A DNA stretch of 58,774 bases, the filler included, from Asterionella formosa (taxonomy: Eukaryota), in NCBI GenBank assembly GCA_002256025.1. It is 4 parts of 4 records of this genome, joined end to end, with 100 filler letters (N's around TTAATTAATTAA, not from the genome) between each part and the next. Parts side by side here need not be neighbours in the genome. Positions count along the whole stretch, not along the records: positions 29,452 to 44,073 come from NKIB01005886.1; positions 44,174 to 58,774 come from NKIB01005894.1; 2 more parts are not named here. One strand, given 5' to 3'. Positions 34,185 through 46,327 of this stretch are shown here, in pieces (within the stretch, counting starts at the first letter, position 1; the number at the start of each line of letters is the position of its first letter). The position numbers and the translations under genes are program-made. Below the pieces are notes generated by a model, which had not been told where the DNA came from, did not search any database, and saw only the letters and a program-made list of their open reading frames with translations.

Positions 34185-35426
34185 CTAGTATAATTCCATC
34201 GCTGGCATTCTTTTCTTGGTTTCTTGCTCCACCAGGAAAGGATCCACGTCCGTTCCTCCCGTTTTAGTCAGTGTTTGCTGACAGTTTCGATACAGATCAA
34301 CAATAGCTAGACTCTCCAGCTTATATCTCCAGTCAGTATCTTGTAGCAAAAAAGGAATTACTTCTTCCTCGGATAGTTTCTGTCTCCTGCCAGAAGAATT
34401 CTCTGGGGTGACCAGAAAATATGAATTCTTGTGCCTCTTGCGTCCCCATCCTAAGGCTTGTAGTCGCTTCCAAACAATGTGTTCAAAGAGCGGATCAGAT
34501 TCATATTTGCCTTCCATTGTCGATGGCTGATCTCTCGTCGCCCTATATTGTTGCATTAGATTGACGCTCACTTCATCCGCCTGATTTTCCAAATGGAGAA
34601 TGACTGCTCCTTGACTCTGAAAGTTTTCATTCTTCGTATTTCTGTAATACCATGTGGTATCAAAACCTGACGTCCAACCGAGCTCTGTCAAGGCTGGCCA
34701 CACCACTTCCCTGAAGGCAATAGTATTTATCTTTTTCGGTGTCGTTGGATTCCGCTCATTATTGCTTCCAATTGCATTGGCGTTGTCAAAAGCAGGTGGA
34801 TCCCTAGTTGGTGAACGACACATGTTCTCTGTATGACACACAGCTGTCCTTTTGAAATGCTGCTCGTCCACTCGACTCGCTTCCTTGTTGCCAAAGACGT
34901 GCTGGCCGACGGCCAAAAGTAGCTCTGTCGCAGTTCCCAATCCAGGTGCGGTCCACACGAAATCTCCTTCCCTGACCACAACTGTGCAATTGCGAGGAGG
35001 ATAGCAGCTGGGTCCCAATGGATCAACGAGTCCCAAGGCTGGCAAGAGTTTCGTGGCGCTGGCTCCCATTGCGGCCAGTAGTGTCGATGCGTCAGGTTGT
35101 TTGGACTGCACCATGAGGGTGACAAAGGACGCATCCTCTAGCATGTGAGCAACGCCTTGGTTCCCACCCGGCAAGACAATAACGTTCCATGCTTGAGACT
35201 CCGCCTGTGAAAATGATATCTCCGATGTAATCGAAAAGGAATCCTTGAGGTGTATCAGTTTCTTCGGTTGCGTGGATGCCATTGTTGTCGTTGTCTGGGG
35301 AAACCTACTAAAAACGTCAACGGCGTGCAATACGTCCAGAGGTTCTGATCCGTCTGCCATGCATATTAGGACTTTCTTCATCGGAGATGCGATCTCTGAA
35401 GTGCATCGTTTTCGGGAATTCCACAT
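34185..35426 (-). CDS. Divergent DJ-1/PfpI-like domain fused to a C-terminal region with two W-x2-L-x2-LGW repeats
   Basis: KKVLICMADGSE, VIVLPGG..G and TAPGLGTATE follow the DJ-1 pattern. VWPALTELGW and VWKRLQALGW occur downstream. Start codon uncertain. Confidence 0.7.
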   Translation of the reverse strand: MWNSRKRCTSEIASPMKKVLICMADGSEPLDVLHAVDVFSRFPQTTTTMASTQPKKLIHLKDSFSITSEISFSQAESQAWNVIVLPGGNQGVAHMLEDASFVTLMVQSKQPDASTLLAAMGASATKLLPALGLVDPLGPSCYPPRNCTVVVREGDFVWTAPGLGTATELLLAVGQHVFGNKEASRVDEQHFKRTAVCHTENMCRSPTRDPPAFDNANAIGSNNERNPTTPKKINTIAFREVVWPALTELGWTSGFDTTWYYRNTKNENFQSQGAVILHLENQADEVSVNLMQQYRATRDQPSTMEGKYESDPLFEHIVWKRLQALGWGRKRHKNSYFLVTPENSSGRRQKLSEEEVIPFLLQDTDWRYKLESLAIVDLYRNCQQTLTKTGGTDVDPFLVEQETKKRMPAMELY

Positions 35427-35768
35427 GGGGGTTGCTTTTGTGTTCAAGTTGTTGTTCCCTATTTTGTGTTTGTAAAGTACAATGGAAGCAATTACCAGGG
35501 AGTAACAGGTACTATTATAACTGAACACCTCGTTTATTACCTGGAGCACCTGGTACCAGGTACCAGGTACAGCCAGGTGCTAGGTACAAGGTACCTGGTA
35601 CTAAGTACCAGGTACTACGAGTACGGTACTGGTACACCTTGTCACGAAACGACATAAATAGCCAGTTCCGATAATACTTACCGTGTACTCCTCTTTTGAT
35701 GGGTTTGTCAACAATTTGACATACCGGTACTGTAGTGGGAGGATGAGCACGTCCGTACATACCGGTAT

Positions 35769-36405
35769 CCGTATAATTCATTGTCCTGGACCCCCCAAAT
35801 GTACACTGCCGTGACTGAATTTGACTGATTTTACTTTAGGGGGGGGGGGCCAGGACAATGAAGACATTTCTCTAATACTGGACCTAAATAAATTTCATTA
35901 GTTCTACCGGATAGCGCACATTTTTCTACATAAGATGTATTAACATGACAATTATTTCCGTGACGTGAAAAATGAGAGAGTTCTTCACCTCGCAAGAAAA
36001 ACGCGACTTCATGTTGTTATCGGCGATCTCAATTTTCGTTGTCATTATTAGTATTATTACTTTACTTCTTTATACGATGTATTTTCCATGTCGTTCTTAA
36101 TACAGGTAGCAAGTAGCAAAGCGTTGTTCTCTATTTTCGTGGAGATAATTCGTATTTTCGTCATGGTCAAGGTTGCGACAACGTGATAAAGGATTCTACA
36201 GCTGCTCACATCCACTACCTGTCTTCTCTTGTGTTTTGTATGTTCAAAAGCATCGCAAAATCGTAGCAAAATAATTTATATGCTAGTGCCTACGAGGACA
36301 AAAAGAATTATAGCACGTTACTTTTGTGAATGACAAGAAAATTATTGGGTTTTTGGCTCCACCTCGAGAAAAATGGACAGGGGTCTAGGACAATGAAGTA
36401 TACGG
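35769..36405. mobile_element. Non-autonomous Tc1/mariner (pogo-like) MITE with CCGTA termini
   Basis: Left end CCGTATAATTCATTGTCCTGGACCCC versus reverse complement of right end CCGTATACTTCATTGTCCTAGACCCC (24/26). The right flank is TA. An extra inverted subterminal copy of the TIR core ends at 35862. No coding capacity. Confidence 0.75.
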
Positions 36406-37036
36406 TACCTGGTACCAGGTTGTCTGTACTGCCCTTGTTCTGCCTTGTTCTTGCCCCGATTCGCTCTTGGTACCAGGTACACACAGGTATGTAGAGGTAC
36501 CTGGTACCAGGTACCAGGTACCAGGTAATCAAAAGGAAGCTTACAAGTTTAGTCGAACAGTTCGGCAAAAAATTTGGCGCGCCATATGTGGAAGTCCTTG
36601 TGTTGTATACATATATGTATGCATACATAAAAGACACAAATACATATTTGTATATATGGAGTATGCACGATGGATGATAAACACTCTTCTTAATAGTCTT
36701 GACTCGGTAGAAATGTACTGATTCTATTACCGGTAAGCAATTGCCACTACCGGTAGTTTTGGCATTTCATAGTCTGTAAACGTGAACATTGTGCCCGGTT
36801 TATATATTCGGATACCAGCACCGGGTACCTGGTACCATACCGGTACTCGATCATCAAACATACGACAAAACCTATCCATCTCACTCGTATCGTAGTCTAC
36901 CAGTTGTTTTGCTCCTGTTCATACAACCAACTTCATTTTCAATTGCTTGAATCACATTGACAACAAAGCGTCTTCGGTAATCCTCCAGTATTCCCCTAAG
37001 TTTATCCATCTATTTGGTGTTAACGCCTGCTAAACC

Positions 37037-40000
37037 ATGCCCTCTCTTGTCCTCGATCCGATTCCAATGGAAGACCACGCGGACTACAGCGCTGAGCCAC
37101 TGTTGCCAAGCAGTTCCACACCGTCCAAAGCTACTGACTGCACTTCTGTTTGTGATGATGCTGACGAAGACTGCAAGTCTCGCCCTTCCATTACTCCCCC
37201 TACTGACAAGAAGGCGTCATCAGAACAATCGGCCAAGAAGTCAAAGAAGCAGAGTCTATTAAAGAATCAAAAGTCAATTGCTTCCTTTTTCGGTGCTACC
37301 AAGGCTGCGATTTTGAACCCGACGCCACCTCACACCAAGAGGGACCTTCAGCAAGCTTGTTTTCCAGAAAAACCTGCGTTCGAGCCACCGACTGAACCTT
37401 CTCATCCTGTTGACATGGCCAAGGAAGCCCTTCGCGACATTGTTGTAGGTGTCTGCGCTCCCCTTGCCGTCGGAAAGAAGTCGTCTACGCCTGTTCCAAA
37501 GTCACTTCCCCTCCCAAGAGACATTTGGTCTCCACTTCGGCCCGTGTCACGGTTCAACGATGAAGTCAGTGTCAGTGAAGTGGCCGCGACCGCAGAAAAC
37601 GCTTCACATTTTAAGGAAGGCGTTGAGCCCGTGATTGGCGTGGCTCGGCCAACTCAATCTGATGCTGACGACGACACCACCGTTATCATGAATGACGTTG
37701 ATGACGAAGCAACGACAGACAAAGATGCTATCGATTGCTTTGACGAGATGCAGGTTGAAGATGCTTTTGTCGACATTGAGATGCTGTCTGCCGCACACAC
37801 CACGCATGTGGAGGCATTGAGTGTTAACATTCCACCTACTACCATATTGGACAAGGTTCATCCAGAGCAGAAAAAAACCTGCTTATTTTTAGCCTCTGTT
37901 TCCGAACCTCCAAATGCTAACCAGAAACACGAGGTTGTCAAGGCGGAGACGAGCAAGTCATTTACGTCTCATGAAACTCCGGTGATCTCCCCTGATCGTG
38001 CAGCCTTCATGGCCACGAATGAGCTACTTCGTCAGAAATACTTGGAGAAGTCCGCAAAACTCATGAAAAAGGGAAAAGAAGGCGTCTCCGAAGAAAATTT
38101 TCAGATTCCAAAGCCAGATGAACCGCCGGTGATGGAGTTGAGTGATGGGAGCTTCCCTGAAGTCGGTGTTGCAATGTTGGCTAGTCTTCTTCAGGAAAGG
38201 TATGTGATTCACCGTGCTTCATGAATCTGTTTAATGGATCATAATTAACCACTTTTCATTTTTGGAATATGCTAGTCGCCTCCCTCTGTCCGCCCTGGCT
38301 AATGAGGCCATCGGACAACTACAAAAGTCATTTCCGAAACTAGCGATCGAATGTGTCACGGAAAAAATAAAGGTTCTCGCCACTCGCGAATCATACATAA
38401 AGGGACTTCCTGGTCAAATGACACAGAATAAGACGAATATCTTCGAGGATACCGATGCTACTCGTATGTGGCGGTGGGAAGTGATTATTCTCGAATTGCT
38501 CCCTGATGTTGTGATTCCTAATATTCGAAGGGCACGAATGGCCAGACGTAAGCTTCGGAGCCACTCCACTGCCATTGGAAAGCTCCTCGCGTCCTTAGAT
38601 GTAGCGGACAAGCTACTTGTGGACGACAATAGTACAAAGGAAAAATGTGATGCAATAATCACTAGGATTAGCAATGACGAAGAAAAAGTGCTCAAATTCG
38701 AGCGAGAAGCAGAAAAGGCTAGATTGCTCGAGGTGACAAAAACTAGACGAAGTATTGTCAAAATGGTTAAGGAGGGCTCCACTCACACAGCTGGAGTAGC
38801 AAATAAGCATGTGGAACGAGAGACTAAGCTCGAGCAGAAGAAAAAGGAGAAGGAGCAACAAGAAAATGACAGGATAAAGAAGAAGGAAGAGACTCGTAAG
38901 TTGAAGGACGAAGCCAAGGTGAAGAAACAACTAGAGCGCGAAGAAAAAGGTACAAAGGCCACACTCGAGAAGCAGCAATCCCGCGAGAAGAACAAGGCTA
39001 GAATGATGTCATTCTTCTCGTCCAGTGTTGCCGAACCAAATAAGCCTCTAATGGACAAAGTGGCTGTTGTCCCGGTAGGAGCAAATTCCACCTCAACATA
39101 TGAAGATATGTCCAAGTTTTGGTCACTTATAGACTCGTCCTCCGAGCCATTCAAAATCAATCCTTTGTTTGCGACCCTCTCCGCCACCGCCAAACGATCC
39201 CGACGACGTCATACACGCAAGGTCACGGTTGATGTTTACGTAACTGTCATGCCGGACGACCCTTTCTCGGCTCAACCATTTGCCGATCTCCAGTCAATTC
39301 AAGTACCCAATAAATACAAGTTTTTGAGCTTCGAAGAAGACTACAGACCTGCATATCACGGAACATGGAGCAAGGAGAGCAAGATTATAAATGGTCGTAA
39401 TCCATTTGGCAAGGACACCACCTTCTTGAACTATGATCTCGATAGCGAAGAAGAATGGGAGGAAGGAGACGATGAGATCGGTGAAGACTTGGAAGCCAAC
39501 GACAATGATGACGAGGAAGACAACGTCGATCCAGATGAGGGTGACACCCGTGCATACAACTTCGAAGATGGTTGGATGGCTGACGACGACGATGTCATCT
39601 ACGAAGACGGTATAGTCGACGAGGAGGCAAAGCTTCTTCGAAAGTCTGTTTTGAAAGAAATCGAAAACAAGGTTGAACAATCATCTCTTTGCTTAATGAG
39701 TCCTGTTGAAGGTGGTCTGCCGTTGGCTGACCATAGGAATGAGTCTGAGGGCGTGGAGGGCGTTTTTGACGCACAAACCGCTTTTGACTTGGAAATGCTC
39801 AATACAGTTGAAGAAATAGAGCTCGATGACGAGATCTCCTTTTTAGATGTTGAATTTCCTCCTGAGTTGGTTGAGGAGATCTCTGCAACGGTTGACGATA
39901 CAAGTGCCCTGACCTCACCGAAGGCCATAAGCACGCAACCGGAAATGTCAAGAGAACAAATCAGAGATTTCGCATGTTTTGTTCATCACTGCAAACTTTC

Positions 40001-40601
40001 ATCGAAGGATCAACTCGTGGAGCAGCTGCGAATTGCTCATCCGACTGTCACTTCCAGTCGGGCACAGGCGACGCGGAAATTGGACTCCATCGCTGTCAAG
40101 CAACGTAACCCTCGCGGTGGAACGGTTTGGGTAGTTAACGAAGAAATTTTGAAAGAGCTCGCACTCGACGACTTATTGCAAATGGAACTGGAAGAACCAG
40201 TGATCAAGGAGATTAAAGCCAGTAAGAAGCCCACTATGTTAGAGTCCACGGAAGGATGTAACCAAAATGCCACAACTGCCATCATAACTGCTGCCAAGGA
40301 AGAAAGTGCCAAGGAGGAGCCGACGATTGAGTCCTGGACTGCTATTGAAGGATTAGGTGAGAGAACGAAGGCAGAAAAGTCAGCAGAAATGAATCCCACG
40401 AAAGAAGCCGGAATCTACCCACCGAAAGTTGCATTTAAAATGGCGACGGTCCCTGTGACATCGCGATTGGTGGGCAACAAAATATCTGAAGGTGCATTGA
40501 ACGATGAGAAAAATAGAAAGAGGACCCTTAGTTTTGGATCTGCTCAGCTTTTTGCTGCCTTCTTGGCAGGCAAGAAGGTCAAGACGGCGAGTGAATCGTG
40601 A
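37037..40601 (+). CDS. CHAF1A: Chromatin assembly factor 1 subunit A (p150/FAS1); exons 37037-38199, 38276-40601
   Basis: PIP-box-like QKSIASFF, KER coiled coil, KFLSFEEDYRPAYHGTWSK..GRNPF.KD..LNYDLDSEEEWEE and an acidic ED region. GTATGT...TAG intron. Confidence 0.93.
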
Positions 40602-41174
40602 CCATGCTCGTCCAACCGGCGTGGGAGATGTGAGCATGTCTAAATTTGAGTGAATCTTAGTGTACTTGTCAGCCATTGAAAACTCGAAGCCATGCTATAG
40701 ACAAAAACTAATTATGGTGTAGCAGTTCTTAATTTTTTGGATAGAATTGATCTGTGTTTCCTACATCTTCACTTGTCAAATACATTCTGGATGCATTCAA
40801 CTAATGTGTCTAACGGCCGCATGTGCTACACCGAAGTTGATGACGGAAAGCTAAAGTTCGCATGGGATCCTTGGCACCTTTCTTGTCAGAATCTTCGCGC
40901 ATCAACTGAACCTTCTCAATGGTGACTCGCTGGGATATTATTTTGAAATGTCGTCACGAGTTCCATGACCGCAACCATCTCAGAAAAGTTGATACATTTC
41001 CATCTACACACATATTAGCTGTTGAAGTCACTGCATGATCTCAAACATCAGAAACCCTCCAAGATCGTCACAACTGCCTCGTGAAGCAATTTCCATTTTT
41101 CTGCAAAGGATTCAGGAACTTGAAAGTCTTATCAAGACTGAAGTTGGTTGAAGAAGGTAAATAAAATGAAGGCT

Positions 41175-42200
41175 TGTTGACTCTATGTTTTGGAATAAAG
41201 TGAGCTAAATGTTAAATGATAAAAGTAGAAGCTAGGAGTTGTCACCAGTTGACAACAGTTAATTTGGAGAGACAGGAAATTATTAATTGTGGAGTAACCA
41301 TGATGGACAGGACTGTTGTGAGACAGGAAATTAGTAATGATGGAGTAACAACAGTCCTGGCAGGACTGTTGAGAGACAGGAAGTTAGCAATGGTGGAGTA
41401 GCAATGGGACATTTGACCAGTGACTAAAAAGGTAATGTGAGAATCGAATTTCTGGAGAGATATAAATTGATATTTAACTTTCCCTCTCAGCCAAGCAAGG
41501 GAGGCAAATCTCACCAACCACAGATGAGTTTTCAAATAGCTGTAAATTTCTCAACAACAAGACCTTTGGTAAAAATGTCAGCAGGGTTGACTGCAGTGTC
41601 AATTTTTAGGATGTTTGTCTTCATTAATTGTAGATTAAGACATAACAGCAAAGGGGCCAGCCACATGAAGAGCAGTAGAAGCTTCAGTAATGATGAGGCA
41701 ACGAGGAATGAGGTGACAGCAGCTGGTGGAGAGTGCATAGTATCCAGTCTGCATGGTAGAAAGGGCAATAGTGGTTTGTAGTTTAGAAACCCATAAAAGG
41801 GCACATCCAGCAAGACTGATGACAAAGTTCTCAGTGCGGGATTTGGCGCAAATGGCGGGCCATTCGAGTTTCCGGTACCAAAAAGACCAGCAAAGTCACT
41901 ATCAACAAAACAGTCGATTTCAAACTCCGATGTAGGTGTAAAAATTAAACACTACTGTAGAGTATCACACAAATAATGGCAATTTTTCTTTAGGGCCACT
42001 TCATGTGAGGCACAAAGACAGCGAGAAAATCGAGCACACCGTTGAACACATTGTTGCACAGTGAAGGCAATGTCTGGGCAAGAGTTTGTCGATAAGTAGA
42101 GGAGCATGCCCACAACAGAGAAGTAATTCCATGATTCAGTACCTAAAGGCTCTCGTGTCACAGGAGTAGGGAAGGAAGACCCGTGAACGAGACTAGTAGT
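41175..42200 (-). mobile_element. Decayed Copia family B fragment: RT C-terminus, RNase H tail, PPT and 3' LTR (~41479-41175)
   Basis: YFSVVGMLLYLSTNSCPDIAF and IDTAVNPADIFTKGL motifs; purine tract GAGAGGGAA; LTR ends TCAACA at 41175. Three ~52-bp-period GAGACAGGAA..TGGAGTA repeats lie inside the LTR. Related sequence may continue to ~43020. Confidence 0.8.
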
Positions 42201-44073
42201 TCCTAAGATCTGAGTGAAATGGATTGTAATTTTGCTGTCATATCTAGAAATGATCTTTATTTTTTTATGTTCTGTGCGGTTAAAAAGCCAATTTTCCCCT
42301 TTTCTAATTTCTCAATGCTCTTGACGATGCATGCCTCCCACCTCCTTTTCAATCTGATTCTGAAACTTGTTTGGCTTCTTGCTGCAACTCCCCTTTCCTT
42401 TTGATCTGATTCTGAATTGGCATGTGCTGTTCTGTTGTCTGATCCATTTTGATTTCCTAATCAAACTAACAATGACAAGCAATTCCTTGTTAGCCATGTT
42501 TTGTTTAAACCTCAATATTGCAGATCCATTTTATCATGTTTCACTTACCAGAAATCAATATATATACCGGTATATGATACGTGATATATGTATGATATTG
42601 CAATAGTATAGCGTTACCCCGGTAGGTTGTTGCATCTGGCGTGATAATGACTGTGACCATGTATATAGGTATGATGTCATTAGTACACATGCTTATATTT
42701 AGTAGTATTGGCAAGGCAATCAGGGGGTAGATCTAAAAAATTATGACTTGACAGTGATAGATAGGAACCAGCCACTGTCAACAGGGACATCTCCATGGAA
42801 TTGGTCATGTCATAATGTCCATTGAGGATGGGAAGAAGAAGCTATAGGGATTAGAGATTGAATGGTTTGACAAGTGTGAAGATGAATCTGGCCTTTGACA
42901 TCATGATCTGCTGGGAGAGTCTGAACACGACAGAGAAGAGAAGAAAAGTTGTTGAAGCGTATAAATGGTTGAAGCAAGGTGACTGATAGGGCAGTCTTGG
43001 GGGATCTGCTTGTTAGGTTTTCAAGTGACAGATAGTACAAGGTATGCCTCGATTTGAAATCGAAAACCGGTTGAAAACATACCAAAAATTGGGGTTACCC
43101 TATTACTGTACTTTCTTTTCCCGTGATACTCCTGAAGGTAATACACGACAGAGGGTGGCGACTGCCTGCGAGTATTCTTGTATTCAAGGCTTGGGAGGCG
43201 CGAGTAGGCTGACCGAACGAGTGGCGCCCCTGGAGCTGCGAGAAGGTCAACCTGCAAGGACTTCCCAAGCCGAGTACACAAGATTAACAGTAGGCAAACT
43301 CCTTCCGAGTAGGTTATTACCTAGGCAATTCACAAACTAGCTATCGGCGCGCTTTTCGCCACTACATTGCCCTTTCAGTTAACATTAAAAACCTATTTTA
43401 GATAGTTTGTATGTTGGATGCGAACTAGCCAATTGCCCATCATTTAAAACATGTATTGTATATTTCATATGTACAGTTTTTGGATTACTCAATCATGCAA
43501 TTGCCCATCACATAAAACATATTTTGTACAATTCATATGCTCCGTTTTTCGACTGCCAAACTACCTTCAATATTTTCAATAGCCCCTAGATTTTAATGCC
43601 GAAATCGACTGCCGTTTATTTAAGGGAATTTGATTACTGATATCTATAGCCCCTCAATTGACTGCCGTTTACTTAAGGAAAATCGACTGCCGAAATTGGA
43701 CAAGAGTAGGAGGAGCTACATGAAGGCACGAAATGATGGTTTTCTTCAAAGTGTCGACGGCAATTCCACTACGTCTGTAAATAAAAAATATCATAAAAAT
43801 ATTATCAAGGGTATCGTACGCTAAGTGGCACAGGATTTTCAAATATATGATAGTTTTTCGATCAAAAATATGATCAATGTATCATATAATTATGATCATG
43901 CAGTAAACTTTTACCGAGCTTGAAGTATGATGAGACTATCATAGTTATAATACCATTGCATCATATAATTAGTTAAACATGGGCATATAATGTGTATACT
44001 TTTGTCATACATCTATCTTAGCATGATTGTAATTCTCATCGATATCACTGTCTAAAATAGGATGAAATTGATC

Positions 44074-44173
44074 NNNNNNNNNNNNNNNNNNNNNNNNNNN
44101 NNNNNNNNNNNNNNNNNTTAATTAATTAANNNNNNNNNNNNNNNNNNNNNNNNNNNNNNNNNNNNNNNNNNNN
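44074..44173. other. Artificial contig-joining spacer
   Basis: 44 N + TTAATTAATTAA + 44 N. Confidence 0.97.
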
Positions 44174-45231
44174 AGGGAAAGAATATTCTTGCTCCCCCCG
44201 CCGACGTGGGTGGTTGTGGCATTATGCCCAACTTTACGCGAGCAACCACCGACAACGATCGCGGCGGCATTGAACTCTTGCTTGGTTTTGTTTTGCCTGC
44301 GCAGTTCAGGGCCTTTAATCCGGCGATCTATAATCTCTATGGGCTTCTCAAAGGATTTGGCGATCTGTCCTACTCCTGGTGGTGGAAGAAATTTGGACTT
44401 CGTGCAGACGGGACACCTGTTGTAAACTGTAAAGATTTTCGACTTGATACTCTTGAGGATTGCGTTGCAGTTTGTGTTGATCTGGAAATCGAAAATTGCC
44501 ATTCTTTTATGGTGATACTCAAGCAACGAATTGTTTATTGCATCTACGAGAATGGGCATATATCTGTCGACATTAAGGTCATGCCTGATATCAAGTTGAA
44601 GGATATCCCTTCTCTCCCCCGCATTGGCATGATGGCAATACTGGACTCGTCAATGTACAACATGATGTATTATGGACGCGGTCCTGTTGAGAACTACCCT
44701 GATCGAAAGGCTGGGACTGAGGTCGGCGTTTACATGTCAACTGCAAAAGACAACGAATTTAATTATATTGTTCCAAGCGAAAATGGTAGCAAGAGCAACT
44801 GTCGATGGGTTTCTTTTTTTGATAGCACTGGGAGTGGTTTGTGTATCGTGTCTGATATGGAGTCAGATGATCTGAATATTGGGGCTAGTTTGAATAGTCA
44901 AATTGAGCTCCAAAATGCGTTGCACACATGTGATCTGGAGCCAAGAGGGAACGGCGAAGGGCCTATCTACGTCAGTATTGATCACAGAATCATGGGTGTT
45001 GCTGGCGACTTGAGGTATGTTTCATTGCAATTGCTGTTCTTTTTGTTCCTACGCTTTGCTTATGATATTGCATGAATTAGTTGGTTCCCTGCTGTTTATC
45101 CAGAGTTTTTGGTCAAGGCCGACCATGAGTTCAATTACAAGTTTTGGTTGGTCCCCTTCTCACAGGCAGATTCCCCCACCAAGGTAGCAAAGAGTGTTGG
45201 AACGTGCTACTCAAAAGTGCTTACAAGTTAA
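44174..45231 (+). CDS. Beta-galactosidase (GH2, LacZ-type) C-terminal part, 5' truncated by the contig edge; intron 45015-45080
   Basis: PNFTRATTDND, LPRIG, YYGRGPVENYPDRK, YIVPSENG and IDHRIMGVAGDLS|W motifs. Confidence 0.9.
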
Positions 45232-45831
45232 TGGAAGTGATCAGATTTGGACAATCCATTCATTGATCCATGAAGAATCATGTATGAGCAAGGTCATCTT
45301 TACACCATTTATACCATACATCTTGCCATTTGAGTACTGGTGATACAATTGTTGCCCTGTCTTGCAATGGCTACTCATAAAATATATCTTTTGAAAGTAG
45401 AAAGCAATAAAAGTGTCACAATCAATGGCATACAAACTTATTTGCATTGCGTTATTGTTTGCTCAATGTTCATGCATTTGAACCACTAGGGAAAATTAAA
45501 ATATTGCTTAGGGTTGCCAAAATTCCCTGGAACTAAGAATTTTTATGAGCTAATTTTGAATGATACTATGATTCTGTTTGAAATATCTAAATCAGTGGGA
45601 ATCTGTGCCTACCTACATAGATTGAATTCATTAAATATATATATAAATGTTCTACATCACTTGATGTATATATAAACCCTATAATATGATCAGCATATAT
45701 GTGTCATATGAGCTGGCAGCATGGCAAATATTGTTGATGACTAAGAAACAAAAAACACAACAATCAACCATGAGCAAAATTTTGCATTGCCAAGATGACA
45801 ACAGTTATGATGAACTCAACAGCAGTCATGA

Positions 45832-46044
45832 TGTTACAGTATTACCTTTTGATAGATCTATATTCTTAGACAAAGAAGACTATAGATAGAGACGTTCGTT
45901 TCTCTTTCCATTTTTATATTCTTATTGTGAGTTTACTAATCTAGTTTAGGTTTTTCTGATCATAGGTTTTTAACCATGATCATTCATTTTGTAACTATCG
46001 GTCTTCCGAAATAGCTTATATCGTCCGGCTCATTATAGGCGGAG
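45832..46044. repeat. Possible older LTR interrupted by the Copia C insertion (continues 51612-51621)
   Basis: Removing the Copia element rejoins a ~218-bp unit bounded by TGTTAC...GTAACA. No matching TSD was found. Confidence 0.3.
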
Positions 46045-46327
46045 CGTTGAATATGTGTAATGGACATGTTGGTAATGGTTACACCAATTACACCGATACT
46101 GACAATAACCGCACTGACCATGCCGGCTTGCAAACTAACGAACAAGGCTGGACTGCGGTTGAACCAAGAAAGATCAGAACTAGAAATAGAGTGTTTGGTA
46201 CCAGCGAAATTGGCTCACTTTAATTAATTATTCGGTTTTATAAACAATACCCTCCCAGTGAGCTCTCTCCATCGGATTCTTTGTTTCATGGACATGGAGA
46301 TGTATTGAGAACATTGTGGTTTCAACA
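46045..46327 (+). repeat. 5' LTR of Copia C (283 bp)
   Basis: About 15 substitutions and one indel versus the 3' LTR by manual comparison; the first base is C instead of T. Confidence 0.95.

Noticed and set aside
35549..35635. GGTACCA/GGTACCT arrays as a CRISPR-like or telomeric array
   Set aside because: The units are 7 bp in mixed orientation, have no spacers and are dispersed internally.
43131..43220. Hammerhead ribozyme (retrozyme) core in the long hairpin
   Set aside because: CTGAAGG and CTGACCGA do not match CUGANGA, and there is no properly placed GAAA.
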